From Stegostoma tigrinum (lineage: Eukaryota), in contig NC_081386.1 of assembly GCF_030684315.1 (NCBI RefSeq), forward strand, positions 10,549,914 to 10,613,913: a stretch of 64,000 nucleotides of DNA. Direction: 5' to 3'. Both the position numbers and the translations under genes were made by a program. The notes under the pieces are model-generated. The model searched no databases, was not told where the DNA came from, and saw only the letters and a list, made by a program, of their open reading frames with translations. This document shows, in pieces, positions 62,220-64,000 of this stretch (positions are counted from its first letter, which is position 1; each line of letters opens with the position of its first letter).

Positions 62220-62610
62220 TAGAGTTTTAGAGTTATACAGCACAGAAACAGACACTTCAGTCCAGCCAATTCATGCTGAGCATTATCCCAAACTGAACTA
62301 GTCCTACCTGCCTGCTCCTGGCCCATATCCCTCCAAACCTTTCCTATTCATATTCTTATCCAAACACTTATTATACGCTGTAATTGTATCCACATCCACC
62401 ACTTCCTCAGGAAATTTGTTCGACACACAACCCACCCTCTGCGTAAAAAAAAGGGCCGTTATGCCTTTTTAAAACTCTCTCTTCTCATCTTAAAAGTGTG
62501 ACTTCTTGCCTTAAATTTCCCCATTTTAGGGAAAATATGAACACTGTTAGCCCTATCATTATTCTATCAACTTCTATAAATTCGCCTCTCAACCTCCTAT
62601 GCTCCAGTGA
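62220..62610 (-). mobile_element. CR1 3' end nested in the Rex1/Babar copy
   Basis: tacagcacagaaacagac..cccatatccctccaaacctttcctattcat..ctcaacctcctatgctccagtga. Confidence 0.85.
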
Positions 62611-63239
62611 TGGAGAGATTGTTGTCTTTGCAACATGCTGCTAAACACTCTGTCTTTCTTTCTTGTCTCATCAATGTTCCAGATCTGACCTACAATGGTA
62701 CTGTCATCAGCAAACTTGTAAATGGAGTTTGTGGTAGAATTTGGCCACACAATAGTGAGTACATAAGAAGTATAGTAGGGGGCTGAGTAAGTAGCTTTGT
62801 GGGGGGGATTGTGGTGGAGGATGTGTTGCCGCCCAGTCTGACAGTTTGGTGTGAATGGGTCAGGAAGTCAAGGATCCCGCTACAGAGGCCTTGGTCTTGG
62901 AGTTTGGAGGTACGTTTGTTTGGATTATGGTGCTGTGGAAGATCCTTATTTTGAAGAACATCTGGTGAAGTTCTCCCTATTTGGCCCTGACTTCCAACAT
63001 TTATCCTGCAATTTACATTCACAAGAGTGGATTATCTGGTCAGTAATACTTTGCTGTATTACTTTGCTATGTGTGGGGGATTGATGTCCTTGGCAATGAC
63101 ACTTCATTTTCCTCAGCAGCAACCAAGATTGAAGTGTTTCCTGTCCAGATGTTATTGGATGCTAAAATGGGGTGTTAAGTCACTTCAAGTGAGGTGGAAA
63201 ATGATGCTTAGGTAGATGATGAATAAGACGAGAGCAATC

Positions 63240-64000
63240 TAACAACCTTGTTTGGCCCTAGTCTGGATTGAAAGGATGTCTATTTCAGATCTTTCACTCA
63301 GGATAGTGATGGTCAAGCAGGAATCTCAGGATGGTGACATAATTCAACATGCTGGAGGACAAACCATAAGTCTTTATGATATTGAGCATCAAAAACATTA
63401 GACAGGAAATGAAGAAGAGGGACAATTCTAGATTTCGTCCTAGCAATTTTCCTGGCCATGAAGGTGATGTCTGCTGTCTCTGAGTTAAATGGAAGCCACA
63501 CTTTATTTCTGGAAGGTATTTCTCAGACGCAGGATGAAGACAATTCAAAGGAATGAGGACCATGGTCTTACTCAAGTTTAAAATAAAGTGAAATCCCATG
63601 ATCATTTCCACAAATAGACTTCTCTCCTCTTTTGTAGTCATTATGGTTGCATTCTTGAAATCCATGGGAATGTCCTCTTCACCCTGGAAGTAGTGGATGA
63701 GGAGACAGATTTATGATGTGACAGCCATCGACATGGTGGGTCTTAGTGGGTACAATATCTGGTTCACGCTTTGTTGGGTTGTCACTGTCATATGGACGGT
63801 TTAAGCCCATTCACGGTTGGTGAATCACTGAGGGAATCCTCCGCAGGGTCGAGTGGAATGGCTTGGAGGGTCTGCTCCGATGTGGTGGATTCATTGTTGA
63901 GAGCCAGTTTGAATTGCTGCTTCTGACAATGAAGTATAATGTTGAGGTTGTTGAGGAGTCAGCCACTGTCCTTTGACTGGAGAGGATTTGGTTTCTGTTA
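63240..64000 (-). mobile_element. Decayed RTE (BovB-like) LINE RT fragment
   Basis: ORF 63294..63665(-) DFKNATIMT..LNCLHPASEKYLPEIKCGF resembles the RTE motif DFKDATIV..LNRL..E..LPESQCGF. Confidence 0.7.

Larger units (their letters stand above)
61441..62930 (-). mobile_element. Rex1/Babar-type LINE 3' portion (extreme tail displaced to about 57821-57846)
   Basis: VKKAHQHLYFLRSLRKF..NFYRCTIE; WNGNCSSQDRKKLQKV..IIKDPSHP..LPLGRRYKSL..NRFKNSFF. Confidence 0.9.
57660..63215 (+). mobile_element. DeuSINE (SacSINE1-like) split into about 57660-57820 and about 62935-63215 by nested insertions
   Basis: Left part gtcatctttcagatgagaactgaaagcaaggccc..ctcagg (Deu-domain-like); right part gatcc..ttgaagaa..gttctccc..catttatcc..gattatctggtca. 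Confidence 0.6.

Noticed and set aside
1-64000. Strand bias of LINE insertions as evidence of host gene orientation
   Set aside because: Roughly 10 minus versus 6 plus copies; too few to be meaningful.

Overview
This is vertebrate, almost certainly shark (cartilaginous fish), intronic or intergenic DNA. It is AT-rich, CpG-depleted and dominated by retrotransposon relics: CR1/HER1-type LINEs, HE1-like V-SINEs, other tRNA-derived SINEs, a DeuSINE-like copy, Rex1/Babar and RTE LINEs, two types of Penelope-like element (PLE), and Gypsy and Harbinger scraps. There is one 293-N assembly gap. No complete protein-coding gene, rRNA, tRNA or CRISPR array is present, and almost all ORFs in the supplied track are TE fragments, antisense shadows or chance. 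Five signals stand out. (1) About 15 minimal hammerhead-ribozyme-like motifs sit in PLE termini, many inside tiny foldback elements that carry their own 9-16 bp target-site duplications (TSDs). (2) An old 283-bp tandem duplication keeps its homeobox/Pbx-Hox-like motif blocks while the spacers have diverged. (3) A candidate 165-nt Cys-rich exon lies on the minus strand. (4) A roughly 0.9-kb stretch looks like decayed coding sequence of unknown origin. (5) A four-level nest of transposons fills 57.7-63.2 kb. Family names come from recalled motifs, not database searches, and boundaries of old repeats are approximate.
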